From: an uncultured Chloroflexia bacterium
GTDB lineage: Bacteria > Chloroflexota > Limnocylindria > Limnocylindrales > CSP1-4
Direction: 5' to 3'
DNA length: 64,000 nt
Assembly (NCBI GenBank): GCA_963798955.1
Contig: CAWCVO010000003.1
Location: forward strand, 387,074 to 451,073
Below the pieces are notes generated by a model. The model made no database searches. It saw only the letters and a program-made list of their open reading frames with translations, and was not told the origin of the DNA. Position 1 is the stretch's first letter; the number at the start of each line of letters is the position of its first letter. The position numbers and the translations under genes were made by a program. Positions 56,358-64,000 of the stretch are shown here, one piece after another.

Positions 56358-58569
56358 CCGACACGGACGCCGAGTACCCGTGCGGAAATGGATCGGTGAT
56401 CCAGGTCTGATAGAAGACCTCGTACGCCTGCTGCTGGATGGCAATGACGTGGAAGTGGGCGATCCCGTTCTCGTCCGTGAGGGCTTCCACCGGGCTCTGT
56501 CCTTCAGGTCGCCCGTTGATCGAGGTTTCGCCCGGATATAGGCCCTCGGCGGTGTAGAGCACCTGGCCCATGCTGATGGATACCCCCGACCGTTGGATGG
56601 GCGTGTTGAGCCGGTCCACGAGCTGCACAGTAAAGTCCACCTCGGGGGGATCGGCGACCTCATGGTTGACGGCCTGGGGCAGTATCTGCGCACGTTCCTC
56701 GACAGCCGGAAAGAGGCGCGCTGAACTGATCGAAGGCGGGCTCGCAGTCAACGCGTAGAGCACCGACTGCTGGTCTACGCCGGGCATCGAGGCCGTGTTC
56801 GGCGCGAGCAGGACGTACTCGGCAGTCGCCCCCGCGGGCAGCACCGTGGGTCCCTCATGGATGATCCAGTAGCTGCTCATGTAGGGTCCCAGCGCAACAG
56901 CGAAGTGCGGCTCCAGATCTCCTGCCGAAGCGTTGTGAGCGCGCACGACCAGGCTATCGACACTCTGCAGGGCACCCGTGGTGTGCTGGTCGACTGGCTC
57001 GAGCAGGAGCGGACCCGGAGACAGCAAAGCGACCACGAGCAGCGCAGCTCCACCCGCCGCGAACGCGACGCTCGTGAATCGCGCGGCCCAGCGTCTCAGG
57101 CGCTCGCTAATGGCAGTGCGCGATCCAATTCCGTCGACGGTGGCCAGCGAGACCAGGATCGCGGGAACGGCATAGACGAAGTAGCTGTTGAGTGATCTGG
57201 TCGGGAGCAGCAGCGCCACGAGCGGCAGGGCCGGCAGGATTCGCTTCAGGCTGCCGTACCAGCCGACCAGGGCCACGAGCGCGGCGAGCATCACCAGCGC
57301 ACCTGCGAGGGTGAAGGCGACCAGGTTCCCGCCCGCCACGAAGAACGTGGTGGCAAAGGCCACGAAGCCCTGGCCAAAGGGCACCAGCGGGTCAACAAAG
57401 GGCAGGAGGACACTCGTGAGCCAGGCGGACGGGTCCCAGATGATGAACGGCACATTGGGAACCAGGAAGGCGGCCGCCAGGAGGAAGAAATAGCGTGTGA
57501 CAACCGACCTGCCGCGGCCGTGCAGGCGTGCTTCGAGAGCGATCGCAATCAGGGCAAACGGCACGACAAACCACGCCGACTGCTTGACGGTGCACGCCAA
57601 ACCGAGAGCGATCGGACCGAGCCAGCGCGCGGCAGAGGGCTCAGATGGGTCGCCGAAGCGGTCCCAGCGCCAGAAGGCGGCGACCAGGAACGGGATCATG
57701 AGCGGGTCGGTTACGCCGCCCGTGGCGTAGTTCACATAGAGCTCGAGGCTGGCGATGATCGGCACGAGGCCGCGGAACCTGGGTGGCAGAGCGAGCCACA
57801 TCGCGACCATCCCCAAAATCCAGAACGCCGCATCGACGTACAACGCGGCTTGCGCCTGGATTCCCACGGCGAGGACGGGTACGTAGGCGAGGAACGCGCC
57901 GGCTGGGTAGTCCAGACTGTGGACGAAGCCGCCCGAAAGTGTGTTGGTGGTCCCGGAAGGCAGCACGCGGAACGCGTCGAGTGTCCACGACAGATCAGCG
58001 CCGTACGGGTTCGTGCCCTGCAGGAGCAGCTGAGCGGCACCCTGGTCGAAGGCAACCTCGTCGGTTCCGTAGGCCGGGCTGCCGTACACGGCGACGCGTG
58101 TCCAGACCCCAAGCGCTACGACCACGCCAACGATCAGGATGGCGTCGATCGAGCGCCCCCAGCGCTTGCCCAGCGGCAGGCCCGCTGCGACCAGCAGGAT
58201 GACGCCCGCCGCCGTGTATAGAAATCCAAGCTCGGGCGCGCCGCTGACCACGAACGACGGCTGGTAGAGCTTGAGGCCCCAGAGGATCCAGATGAGCGCG
58301 CCAACGATCCGCAGGAGAACCGGCAGGTCAATGGTTGTCGCGGGACCCGGAGGTGCCGCGACGCGATGATCGTCGCTGATGTGAAAGCCCTCTCGTACTC
58401 CCCTCAGACCCTTTGGAGACGCCCGGGGAGAGACGACTGAGCTAGCTTCGCCTCTGTCGCCGCCACCCGCGCACGAGCAGCATGAACGCGCCGAGCAAGC
58501 CGAGCAAGCCGAAAGCGATCGCGAGCAGCCCCGGGCCACTCGCCGAAGGATCCAGCGCCGGCGTGTCAA
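56323..58569 (-). CDS. polytopic membrane protein, GT-C-fold glycosyltransferase-like (DUF2029/GT87-like by eye) with ~250-aa C-terminal extracytoplasmic domain
   Basis: About 12-14 TM helices. The first loop carries YGTDEVAFDQGAAQLLLQGTNPYG, an acidic motif plus NPY as in GT-C mannosyl/arabinosyl-transferase-like families. The only in-frame starts upstream of the first TM are TTG 58569 and GTG 58539, both inside AP2. The 3' end overlaps AP1 by 35 nt. Confidence 0.7.
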   Translation of the reverse strand: MTRRRWILRRVARGCSRSLSACSACSARSCCSCAGGGDRGEASSVVSPRASPKGLRGVREGFHISDDHRVAAPPGPATTIDLPVLLRIVGALIWILWGLKLYQPSFVVSGAPELGFLYTAAGVILLVAAGLPLGKRWGRSIDAILIVGVVVALGVWTRVAVYGSPAYGTDEVAFDQGAAQLLLQGTNPYGADLSWTLDAFRVLPSGTTNTLSGGFVHSLDYPAGAFLAYVPVLAVGIQAQAALYVDAAFWILGMVAMWLALPPRFRGLVPIIASLELYVNYATGGVTDPLMIPFLVAAFWRWDRFGDPSEPSAARWLGPIALGLACTVKQSAWFVVPFALIAIALEARLHGRGRSVVTRYFFLLAAAFLVPNVPFIIWDPSAWLTSVLLPFVDPLVPFGQGFVAFATTFFVAGGNLVAFTLAGALVMLAALVALVGWYGSLKRILPALPLVALLLPTRSLNSYFVYAVPAILVSLATVDGIGSRTAISERLRRWAARFTSVAFAAGGAALLVVALLSPGPLLLEPVDQHTTGALQSVDSLVVRAHNASAGDLEPHFAVALGPYMSSYWIIHEGPTVLPAGATAEYVLLAPNTASMPGVDQQSVLYALTASPPSISSARLFPAVEERAQILPQAVNHEVADPPEVDFTVQLVDRLNTPIQRSGVSISMGQVLYTAEGLYPGETSINGRPEGQSPVEALTDENGIAHFHVIAIQQQAYEVFYQTWITDPFPHGYSASVSVNFVVGGPGQK

Positions 58570-59191
58570 GGGTGTCGCCCGAGGTGCTGGTGTTCGGGAT
58601 TCCCGGACCGACGATGACGATGCCTACCGGATCGTTCACGGTTACGGTCACCTCGCCGGCACTCACGACGAGCCCATCGTCGTTCTGTATGCCCCCGCCC
58701 GTGGTGCGGAATGCCAGGGTCTTGGAGTTGATCGCTGTGCTACGGACCGTCAGCACAAGCCCCGATACGAGCTGCCCGACGATCGCCGAGTGGCCAGACG
58801 CGGCCTGCCCGACCGACAGTGACAGGCTGGAGGCAGACACCCCGGTCGCCGACCAGCCCACGGCCAGCGCCTCGATCAGCGCGTAGCCATCGGGCACGAG
58901 CGGCTTGGCCAGCGCCTTGTCCGCCCCGTAGATGGTGACCTGGGTGCAGTCGCCGAAGGCGTTCGCCGGTACGTCGAGGCGAATGTCGGTCGCGCCCTGG
59001 CTCGCTGCCAGGCTGCCGCCCTCGGCGCACACCGTCTGGCTGGTCAGCACCCTCGGAAACAGACCGGCCGGCGCAGGACCGGGAAACGGCCCGGGCGGGT
59101 ACGCCGCAAGAGCCGCCGGGACAACCAGGAGCACCCCGAGGAAGGCGGCGGCCAGGCCGCTGCCCAGCCGCCGCGAGGCGAAGCGATTCAT
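58442..59191 (-). CDS. partner protein AP2 (paralogue of AP1): signal peptide, ectodomain, C-terminal TM anchor with basic tail
   Basis: 249 aa. The N-terminal ~113 aa are almost identical to AP1. C-terminus: IPNTSTSGD, a spacer, LLAIAFGLLGLLGAFMLLV, then RGWRRQRRS. The ATG lies 2 nt after the GP2 stop. Confidence 0.7.
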   Translation of the reverse strand: MNRFASRRLGSGLAAAFLGVLLVVPAALAAYPPGPFPGPAPAGLFPRVLTSQTVCAEGGSLAASQGATDIRLDVPANAFGDCTQVTIYGADKALAKPLVPDGYALIEALAVGWSATGVSASSLSLSVGQAASGHSAIVGQLVSGLVLTVRSTAINSKTLAFRTTGGGIQNDDGLVVSAGEVTVTVNDPVGIVIVGPGIPNTSTSGDTLDTPALDPSASGPGLLAIAFGLLGLLGAFMLLVRGWRRQRRS

Positions 59192-60220
59192 CGTTAACCC
59201 CCCATTCCAACAACACCTGCGTCGAGCGACTGGCCGCCGGTCGAGCCATAGAAGCCTGCGTCGCCGAAGGTGAAGATGCCGCCATCGCCAGCCACCAGCC
59301 AGTAGCCGTCACCCGATGGCGTAGCGGTCATGCCGACCACCGGTTGATCGAGCGTCTGGCCACCGGTCGAGCCATAGAAGCCTGCGTCGCCGAAGGTGAA
59401 GATGCCGCCATCGGACGCAACTAGCCAGTAGCCGTTGCCCGAGGGCGTGACGGCCATGCCGACCACCGGCCGGAAGAGCGACTGGCCGCCCATCGAGCCA
59501 TAGTCAACGGCGCCGCCGAATTGATATACCTCGCCGTCGCGACCAACCAGCCAGTAGCCGTCGCCAGAAGGCGTGGCCGCCATGCCGACGATCGCGTCGC
59601 TCACGCTACCGGCCGAGCCGTAGTCGCCGGCGTCGCCGAACGTATACACCTGGCCGTCAGAGGCGACCATCCAGTAGCCCTGCTCATCGGGCGTGACTGC
59701 CATGCCGACGATGTCGGACAGTCCCTGGCCGCCGAGTGAGCCGAAGAAGCCAGCGTCGCCAAAGGTGAAGATGCCACCGTCCGCGGCAACCAGCCAGTAG
59801 CCCAGCCGGTCCGCCGTGGGCACCATGCTGACGACCGGCTGATCGAGCGCTGGCGGACCACCCGTCGAGCCGAAGAAGCCGGCGTCGCCGAAGGTGAAGA
59901 TGCCACCGTCGGACGCGACCAGCCAGTAGCCCTGGCCGGGCTGCAGGTTGATGGTCACCGTGGCCGTATTGGAGTCAGCGGTGCCGTCGTTGGCCTTGAA
60001 GGTGAAGCTGTCGCTGCCCGACGCCGAGGGCAGGGCCACGTAGGTGAACGAGCCGGTCGTGGCGTCGTTCAGCGTGACCGATCCCTTTGTCGGCGCCGTG
60101 AGGATCGTGTAGGTGAGTGGATCACTGTCGGCGTCGCTGGCCGTCAACGTGCCGCCGGTCGAGGCGCCGGCAGGCAGGCTGATGGTCTGGTCAGCGGCGA
60201 CCGGTGGATTGTTCGAACCT
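58853..60220. repeat. right arm of the ~1.37-kb inverted repeat
   Basis: Reverse complement of 54609-55976 (see left arm). Confidence 0.9.
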
Positions 60221-63200
60221 GGCGGCGCTCCGTGGACAAAGCCGGTGCCGGAGTCCGTGAAGGTGTAGCCGTCCATCGGCAGGAACACCCAGTCGTAGGA
60301 GTCCGCGTGGAGCGTCAGCTTGAAGATGCCGAATGTGTCGTTGTTGCGCACGACGCTGGTCGCCAGGGTGGTGCCGAGCGGGTGATGCTCCTCACCGCCC
60401 ATGCCCACGGTGAACTGCTGGATCCCGTACGTCGGATCGGCGACAGGCGCGTCAGCGGGCGTGGCACCAGACTTCATGGGCACGAAGCGTTCGTAGATGT
60501 GGTCGTGGCCGTCCAGCAGGATGTCCACGCCGCCGGCATACAGGTCATCCCACAATGGCTGTAAAGCCTGGAGGTTGGTCTGACCCGAGCTGTAGCGCGG
60601 CTTGTGCCACAGCGCGATCACGTTCTTCGTGCTGTTCGCGGCCAGGTCCGCCTTGAGCCACAGTTCCTGCGGCGAGCCGACATCGCAACCGCCCGGAACC
60701 AGCTCGCACTCACTGTCGAGATTGACGATGTGCCAGTTGCTGGCCGGGATGTCGTAGCTGTAGTAGCTGTTGCCATCGGCGTCGGTTGCGTTCGCGCCAA
60801 AGAAGTCGAAGTACGCCGTCAGGCTGCCGGGACGCTGGCCGTCACCCCAGTCGTGGTTGCCGGCGATTGGACGGGTGCGGTCGAAGACCGACGGATCGCC
60901 CCACGGGGTCGGCGCATAGCAGTCCGCGTACTCCGTCGCGGTCCCGGTTGCGTAGACGTTGTCGCCCGTGGTGAAGATGTTGCCGTCGATGCCCTCGATG
61001 ATGTTGCCGGTGGCCGAGTCGTCGGTGGTGTCGCACGAAGCAATGTCGCCGACACCGACGAAGACCGGGTCGGAGCTTGGTGTGGTGTGGAAGGTCCAGG
61101 TGGGACCGGTCGTGGTCAGGGTCCCGTCGCTGAGGGTCACATACCACTCGAACTCCTGGCCCTGGCCGAGGTTCGACCACGTCGCTGTATCGCTGGCCGC
61201 GGTCACATTCGTGTGCTGGGCGATCTGGGCAAAGTTGCCGCTGGCGAAGGGTCGCCCGTAGTAGGTGACCGTCAGAGGATCGCCGTCCGGATCAGACACG
61301 CCGACGTCAAGCGTCGGCGAGGTCCCGACACCGGTGGCGCCGTCAGACGGCGCGTTGAGCGTCGGCGCATCGGGCGGCGTATCGCCGGAGGGAGGCACGA
61401 AGCCGTCTACCCAGCTGTAGCCGGTACCGCTGATGTTCCCGTCAGCCGCGTCCGGCAGCAATATCGAATCGTTGACCTCCGGTCCGGAGCCCTCGTTCAT
61501 GCCCCAGCGCGCGACGAGGCCGGTGCCCGAGGTGAGTTCGAGGTCGCGGTTGGCCAGGATCTGGCCGGCCGTGCGGGCGTGATCCCAGACGCGCGCTTCG
61601 TCGATGACGCCGGCGAAGCGGCCCAGGTAGGAGGGCATGTTGCCGAAGTCGTCGGTGGTGATCATGGTGCCCAGGCCCACGCCCTGGCGCGAGTCGGAGC
61701 GCGGGGCCGCGGCCGGTGCGCAGGTCGTCGGACAGGTCAAGGTCTGCGGGGAGCCGTTGAGGTACAGCGCCCAGCTCGTGCCGTCATAGGTGGCGGCTGC
61801 GTGGTACCAGGTGTTGTCGAGGATCGGGGTGTTGCCCCAGACCGGGTAGTTCTGGCCTCCCGGGCTCGCCTCGAAGTCGGCCGCGATCAGATTGTCGCCC
61901 CCGACGTTGGTGATGCCCAGGATCCAGTTCGCGTCGACGTCCGAGTTCTCGGCCTGCGGCGCGCCGTGGGTCACCAGCGGCAGGATGGTGATGCCGCCTC
62001 CGCCAGTCGTGTTGGGCGTGCCGGCGCCGGTCTTCTTGAACCAGGTCTCGATGGTGAACTGGGCCAGGCCCAGCTTGGCCGGGACGCCAAAGGTGACGTA
62101 GGCGCCAGAGCTGCCCAGATCGAGGGCGGTGTTGCCCGGGCCACCGCTGGGCTGGAATTCGTAGGCACCGCGATCGTCGTAGGTGCGGCTGCCAGCGCCG
62201 CTGTCGGTCGTGGCCGGGTCGTCGATGCGCGGTTTGCCCTCGATGTCCGTGGCCTGCTGGTTCGACGCGGCCGAGTCGGCGCTATCGATCGCCGGCGAGC
62301 CCGCGGTCAGGTGGTAGTCGCCGACGTTGATCGCGACGTTAAACGGGGCAACAGCGGGACGCTGAGCGATGGGCGCTGCCGCCGCGAACAGCGGATCCCC
62401 CTCAAGCCCGTGTGCCTCCTGTCCGGACACTGCCGTCTGGAAGGCGGAGAGCGAGGTATAGCTGACGCTGTTCCACTGGATGGTCTGCGACGTCCCATCC
62501 GTCTCGTAGATCAAGTCGTAGTCCATGCTCGTGCCGCTGACCGAAGCCGCGTCCACGCGGATGTTGGTGGGCTGGCCGCTGGCCGTCCCGGAAGGGGACT
62601 GCCGGCGCAGGCCGTTGTCGACCGAGATGTTGTTGGCCAGGATTGCGCCCCCCGAGCCGGTCGAACCCTCGAGGTTGATGCCGGCGGTGACGTTGCCCTG
62701 GACGGTGTTACCGACGATCACGTTGTTGGGCGCGTTGTTGTTGTCGATGCCGTGGTCGCCGTTGCCGTAGCTCAGGTTGTCGATGAAGTAGTTCGACTGC
62801 GCCCCGGCATAGGCCTGCAGGCCCGAGTCCTCGTTGTCGTAGGTGATGTTGTTGATGATCGTGTTGTTGTCCGAGCCGATGCCGGTGACCTGGATGCCGG
62901 TCGCGTTGCGCTCCCACTCCTCCGCGTTGCCGAAGGAGGTGTTGTTGCTGACCAGGTTGTCCGACGAGCCACCCGTCAGCCGGATCCCATCCTGGCTGTT
63001 GTGGTCGGTGGTGTTGCCGGTGATGACCGAGGAGTCGGTGTTGGTGAAGTAGATGCCCATGCGCGTGACCGCAGGGGTGGCCTGGACCGGACTGCCAGCC
63101 GAGCTGACGTGGTTGTTCGAAATGGTTATGTGGTCGGCTCCCGAGGCGTAGATGCCGTAGTCCACCGTGTCAGTGATCGTGAAGCCGTCGATGACGATGT

Positions 63201-64000
63201 AGCTATGGCCGGTCGAGCCAGTCATGCGGAAGGCATTGCCAGTGGCAGTGCCGCTGCCTGTGACCGTCACGCCGGGCGCCGCCGAGTAGGTGATCGGGTT
63301 GCCCGCGGTGCCGGAATGAGCCGGGCTCACGGTCTCCGCATAGGTGCCGGCAACAACCAGGACACTCTCACCGGGTTGCAGCACGCTGGCGGCCTGGCCG
63401 ATCGTACAGAAAGGTGCCGCCGCAGTGCCGGAACCGCCGTCGGAACAGCTTCCGTTGGTTTTGTCGACGTAGTAGGTGGAACTGCCACTGGTCGGCGCGC
63501 CGTGCACCGCAGCCGTACCTGAATCCGTGTAGGTCTGACCGGCGATGGGCAGGAAGACCCAGTCGTACGAGGTCGGGTGCAGGGTCAGCTTGAGCACGCC
63601 AAAGGTGGTGCCGCTGCCGGTCACGGTCGCGGGGAATGAGCCGTTGTACGACTGCAGTGCCGCGCCGCCGGTGCCGACCGTGAACTGCCGCACGCCGTAG
63701 GTCGTGTCGACTGCGCCGGTGGGATCGATCGGCTGCATGCGCTCGTAGATGTGATCGTGGCCCTCGAGGAGGATGTCCACGCCCGCGTCGTAGATGTCCT
63801 GGTAGAACGCCTGCAAGGCGGTGTCGGTGGTGACGCCCGAGCTGAAACGAGGCTTGTGCCAAATGGCGATGACGTTCTTGCCGCTGTTGATCGCCAGGTC
63901 GGCCTTCAGCCATAGCTCCTGAGGTGAGCCGGCGGCGCAGCCGCCGGGCACCAGCTGGCATTCCGTGTCGAGATTGACCACGTGCCAATTGCTGCTGGGG
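59194..64000 (-). CDS. giant secreted multidomain protein GP2 (5' end beyond the window): PAP-like metallophosphoesterase, right-handed beta-helix, LamG, FN3-like, second PAP-like metallophosphoesterase, cadherin-like, six propeller-like repeats
   Basis: The frame stays open to position 64000 (..PSSNWHVVNLD), so the gene is partial. Purple-acid-phosphatase-type motifs GDIASC, GDNVY, GNHDW, WHKP and GHDHIYER lie at about 60225-61085, and a second, truncated copy at about 63500-64000. PbH1/beta-helix repeats (ITISNNHV, ITGNTTDHN, LVSNNTSFGN, IINNITYDN, FIDNLSYGN, VIVGNTVQGN, LANNISVDN) lie at about 62180-63480. LamG at 61409-62118. The C-terminal 340 aa are identical, bar one residue, to GP1. 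Confidence 0.85.
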   Translation of the reverse strand, partial: PSSNWHVVNLDTECQLVPGGCAAGSPQELWLKADLAINSGKNVIAIWHKPRFSSGVTTDTALQAFYQDIYDAGVDILLEGHDHIYERMQPIDPTGAVDTTYGVRQFTVGTGGAALQSYNGSFPATVTGSGTTFGVLKLTLHPTSYDWVFLPIAGQTYTDSGTAAVHGAPTSGSSTYYVDKTNGSCSDGGSGTAAAPFCTIGQAASVLQPGESVLVVAGTYAETVSPAHSGTAGNPITYSAAPGVTVTGSGTATGNAFRMTGSTGHSYIVIDGFTITDTVDYGIYASGADHITISNNHVSSAGSPVQATPAVTRMGIYFTNTDSSVITGNTTDHNSQDGIRLTGGSSDNLVSNNTSFGNAEEWERNATGIQVTGIGSDNNTIINNITYDNEDSGLQAYAGAQSNYFIDNLSYGNGDHGIDNNNAPNNVIVGNTVQGNVTAGINLEGSTGSGGAILANNISVDNGLRRQSPSGTASGQPTNIRVDAASVSGTSMDYDLIYETDGTSQTIQWNSVSYTSLSAFQTAVSGQEAHGLEGDPLFAAAAPIAQRPAVAPFNVAINVGDYHLTAGSPAIDSADSAASNQQATDIEGKPRIDDPATTDSGAGSRTYDDRGAYEFQPSGGPGNTALDLGSSGAYVTFGVPAKLGLAQFTIETWFKKTGAGTPNTTGGGGITILPLVTHGAPQAENSDVDANWILGITNVGGDNLIAADFEASPGGQNYPVWGNTPILDNTWYHAAATYDGTSWALYLNGSPQTLTCPTTCAPAAAPRSDSRQGVGLGTMITTDDFGNMPSYLGRFAGVIDEARVWDHARTAGQILANRDLELTSGTGLVARWGMNEGSGPEVNDSILLPDAADGNISGTGYSWVDGFVPPSGDTPPDAPTLNAPSDGATGVGTSPTLDVGVSDPDGDPLTVTYYGRPFASGNFAQIAQHTNVTAASDTATWSNLGQGQEFEWYVTLSDGTLTTTGPTWTFHTTPSSDPVFVGVGDIASCDTTDDSATGNIIEGIDGNIFTTGDNVYATGTATEYADCYAPTPWGDPSVFDRTRPIAGNHDWGDGQRPGSLTAYFDFFGANATDADGNSYYSYDIPASNWHIVNLDSECELVPGGCDVGSPQELWLKADLAANSTKNVIALWHKPRYSSGQTNLQALQPLWDDLYAGGVDILLDGHDHIYERFVPMKSGATPADAPVADPTYGIQQFTVGMGGEEHHPLGTTLATSVVRNNDTFGIFKLTLHADSYDWVFLPMDGYTFTDSGTGFVHGAPPGSNNPPVAADQTISLPAGASTGGTLTASDADSDPLTYTILTAPTKGSVTLNDATTGSFTYVALPSASGSDSFTFKANDGTADSNTATVTINLQPGQGYWLVASDGGIFTFGDAGFFGSTGGPPALDQPVVSMVPTADRLGYWLVAADGGIFTFGDAGFFGSLGGQGLSDIVGMAVTPDEQGYWMVASDGQVYTFGDAGDYGSAGSVSDAIVGMAATPSGDGYWLVGRDGEVYQFGGAVDYGSMGGQSLFRPVVGMAVTPSGNGYWLVASDGGIFTFGDAGFYGSTGGQTLDQPVVGMTATPSGDGYWLVAGDGGIFTFGDAGFYGSTGGQSLDAGVVGMGG
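59197..59931 (-). repeat. six tandem ~41-aa propeller-like coding repeats of GP2
   Basis: Mirror image of 54898-55632. Confidence 0.8.
61409..62118 (-). repeat. LamG-module repeat, copy 3 (inverted; near-identical to 51649-52358)
   Basis: Position x in copy 2 pairs with 113767-x. The identical antisense track ORF 61892..62101 matches 51666..51875. The translated LamG is identical to GP1 LamG-2, including the NEGSGPEVNDSILLPDAADGNISG tail. Confidence 0.85.

Noticed and set aside
54609-60220. Inverted repeats as the ends of a transposon or IS element
   Set aside because: The arms are coding sequence of the giant and partner genes. No transposase, integrase or recombinase gene lies between or next to them, and no target-site duplication is apparent.

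Overview
GC-rich bacterial chromosomal window; the taxon cannot be set from sequence alone, but gene content and order look like Actinobacteria or Chloroflexi-type lineages. Positions 1-49.5 kb are tightly packed housekeeping DNA with many 1-4 nt start/stop overlaps. In order, this part holds: a partial dcw cluster on the minus strand (mraZ-rsmH-small ORF-ftsL-like-ftsI-murF-mraY-murD, no murE); a type-A RNase P RNA (rnpB) flanked by unusually long non-coding DNA; a GNAT gene and an RNase HI-NUDIX fusion; icd-sdhCDAB; divergent sucCD; a propionate/methylmalonyl-CoA cluster (pccB, biotin carboxylase, BCCP, split mutase, epimerase); parA-parB; UbiA, YggT; a ferredoxin/NuoF-like/ferric-reductase-TM/ApbE redox cluster; a complete HdrCBA-MvhDGA (group 3c-type NiFe hydrogenase/heterodisulfide reductase) operon with protease and a truncated HypA; MFS/TetR/MacB-type ABC efflux genes; and gatD-murT, where murT is interrupted by a 1-nt frameshift. 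From about 49.6 kb to the window end the content changes to an accessory, mirror-image locus. Two convergent giant secreted multidomain genes (LamG, cadherin-like, metallophosphoesterase, beta-helix, six ~41-aa propeller-like repeats) are each followed by a small C-terminally anchored partner gene. They flank a GT-C-type polytopic membrane glycosyltransferase-like gene. The two arms share a ~1.37 kb near-perfect inverted repeat, and a ~0.63-0.71 kb LamG module occurs three times. I consider this locus the best candidate for an undescribed cell-surface system. No rRNA, tRNA, CRISPR array, transposase or integrase was recognised.
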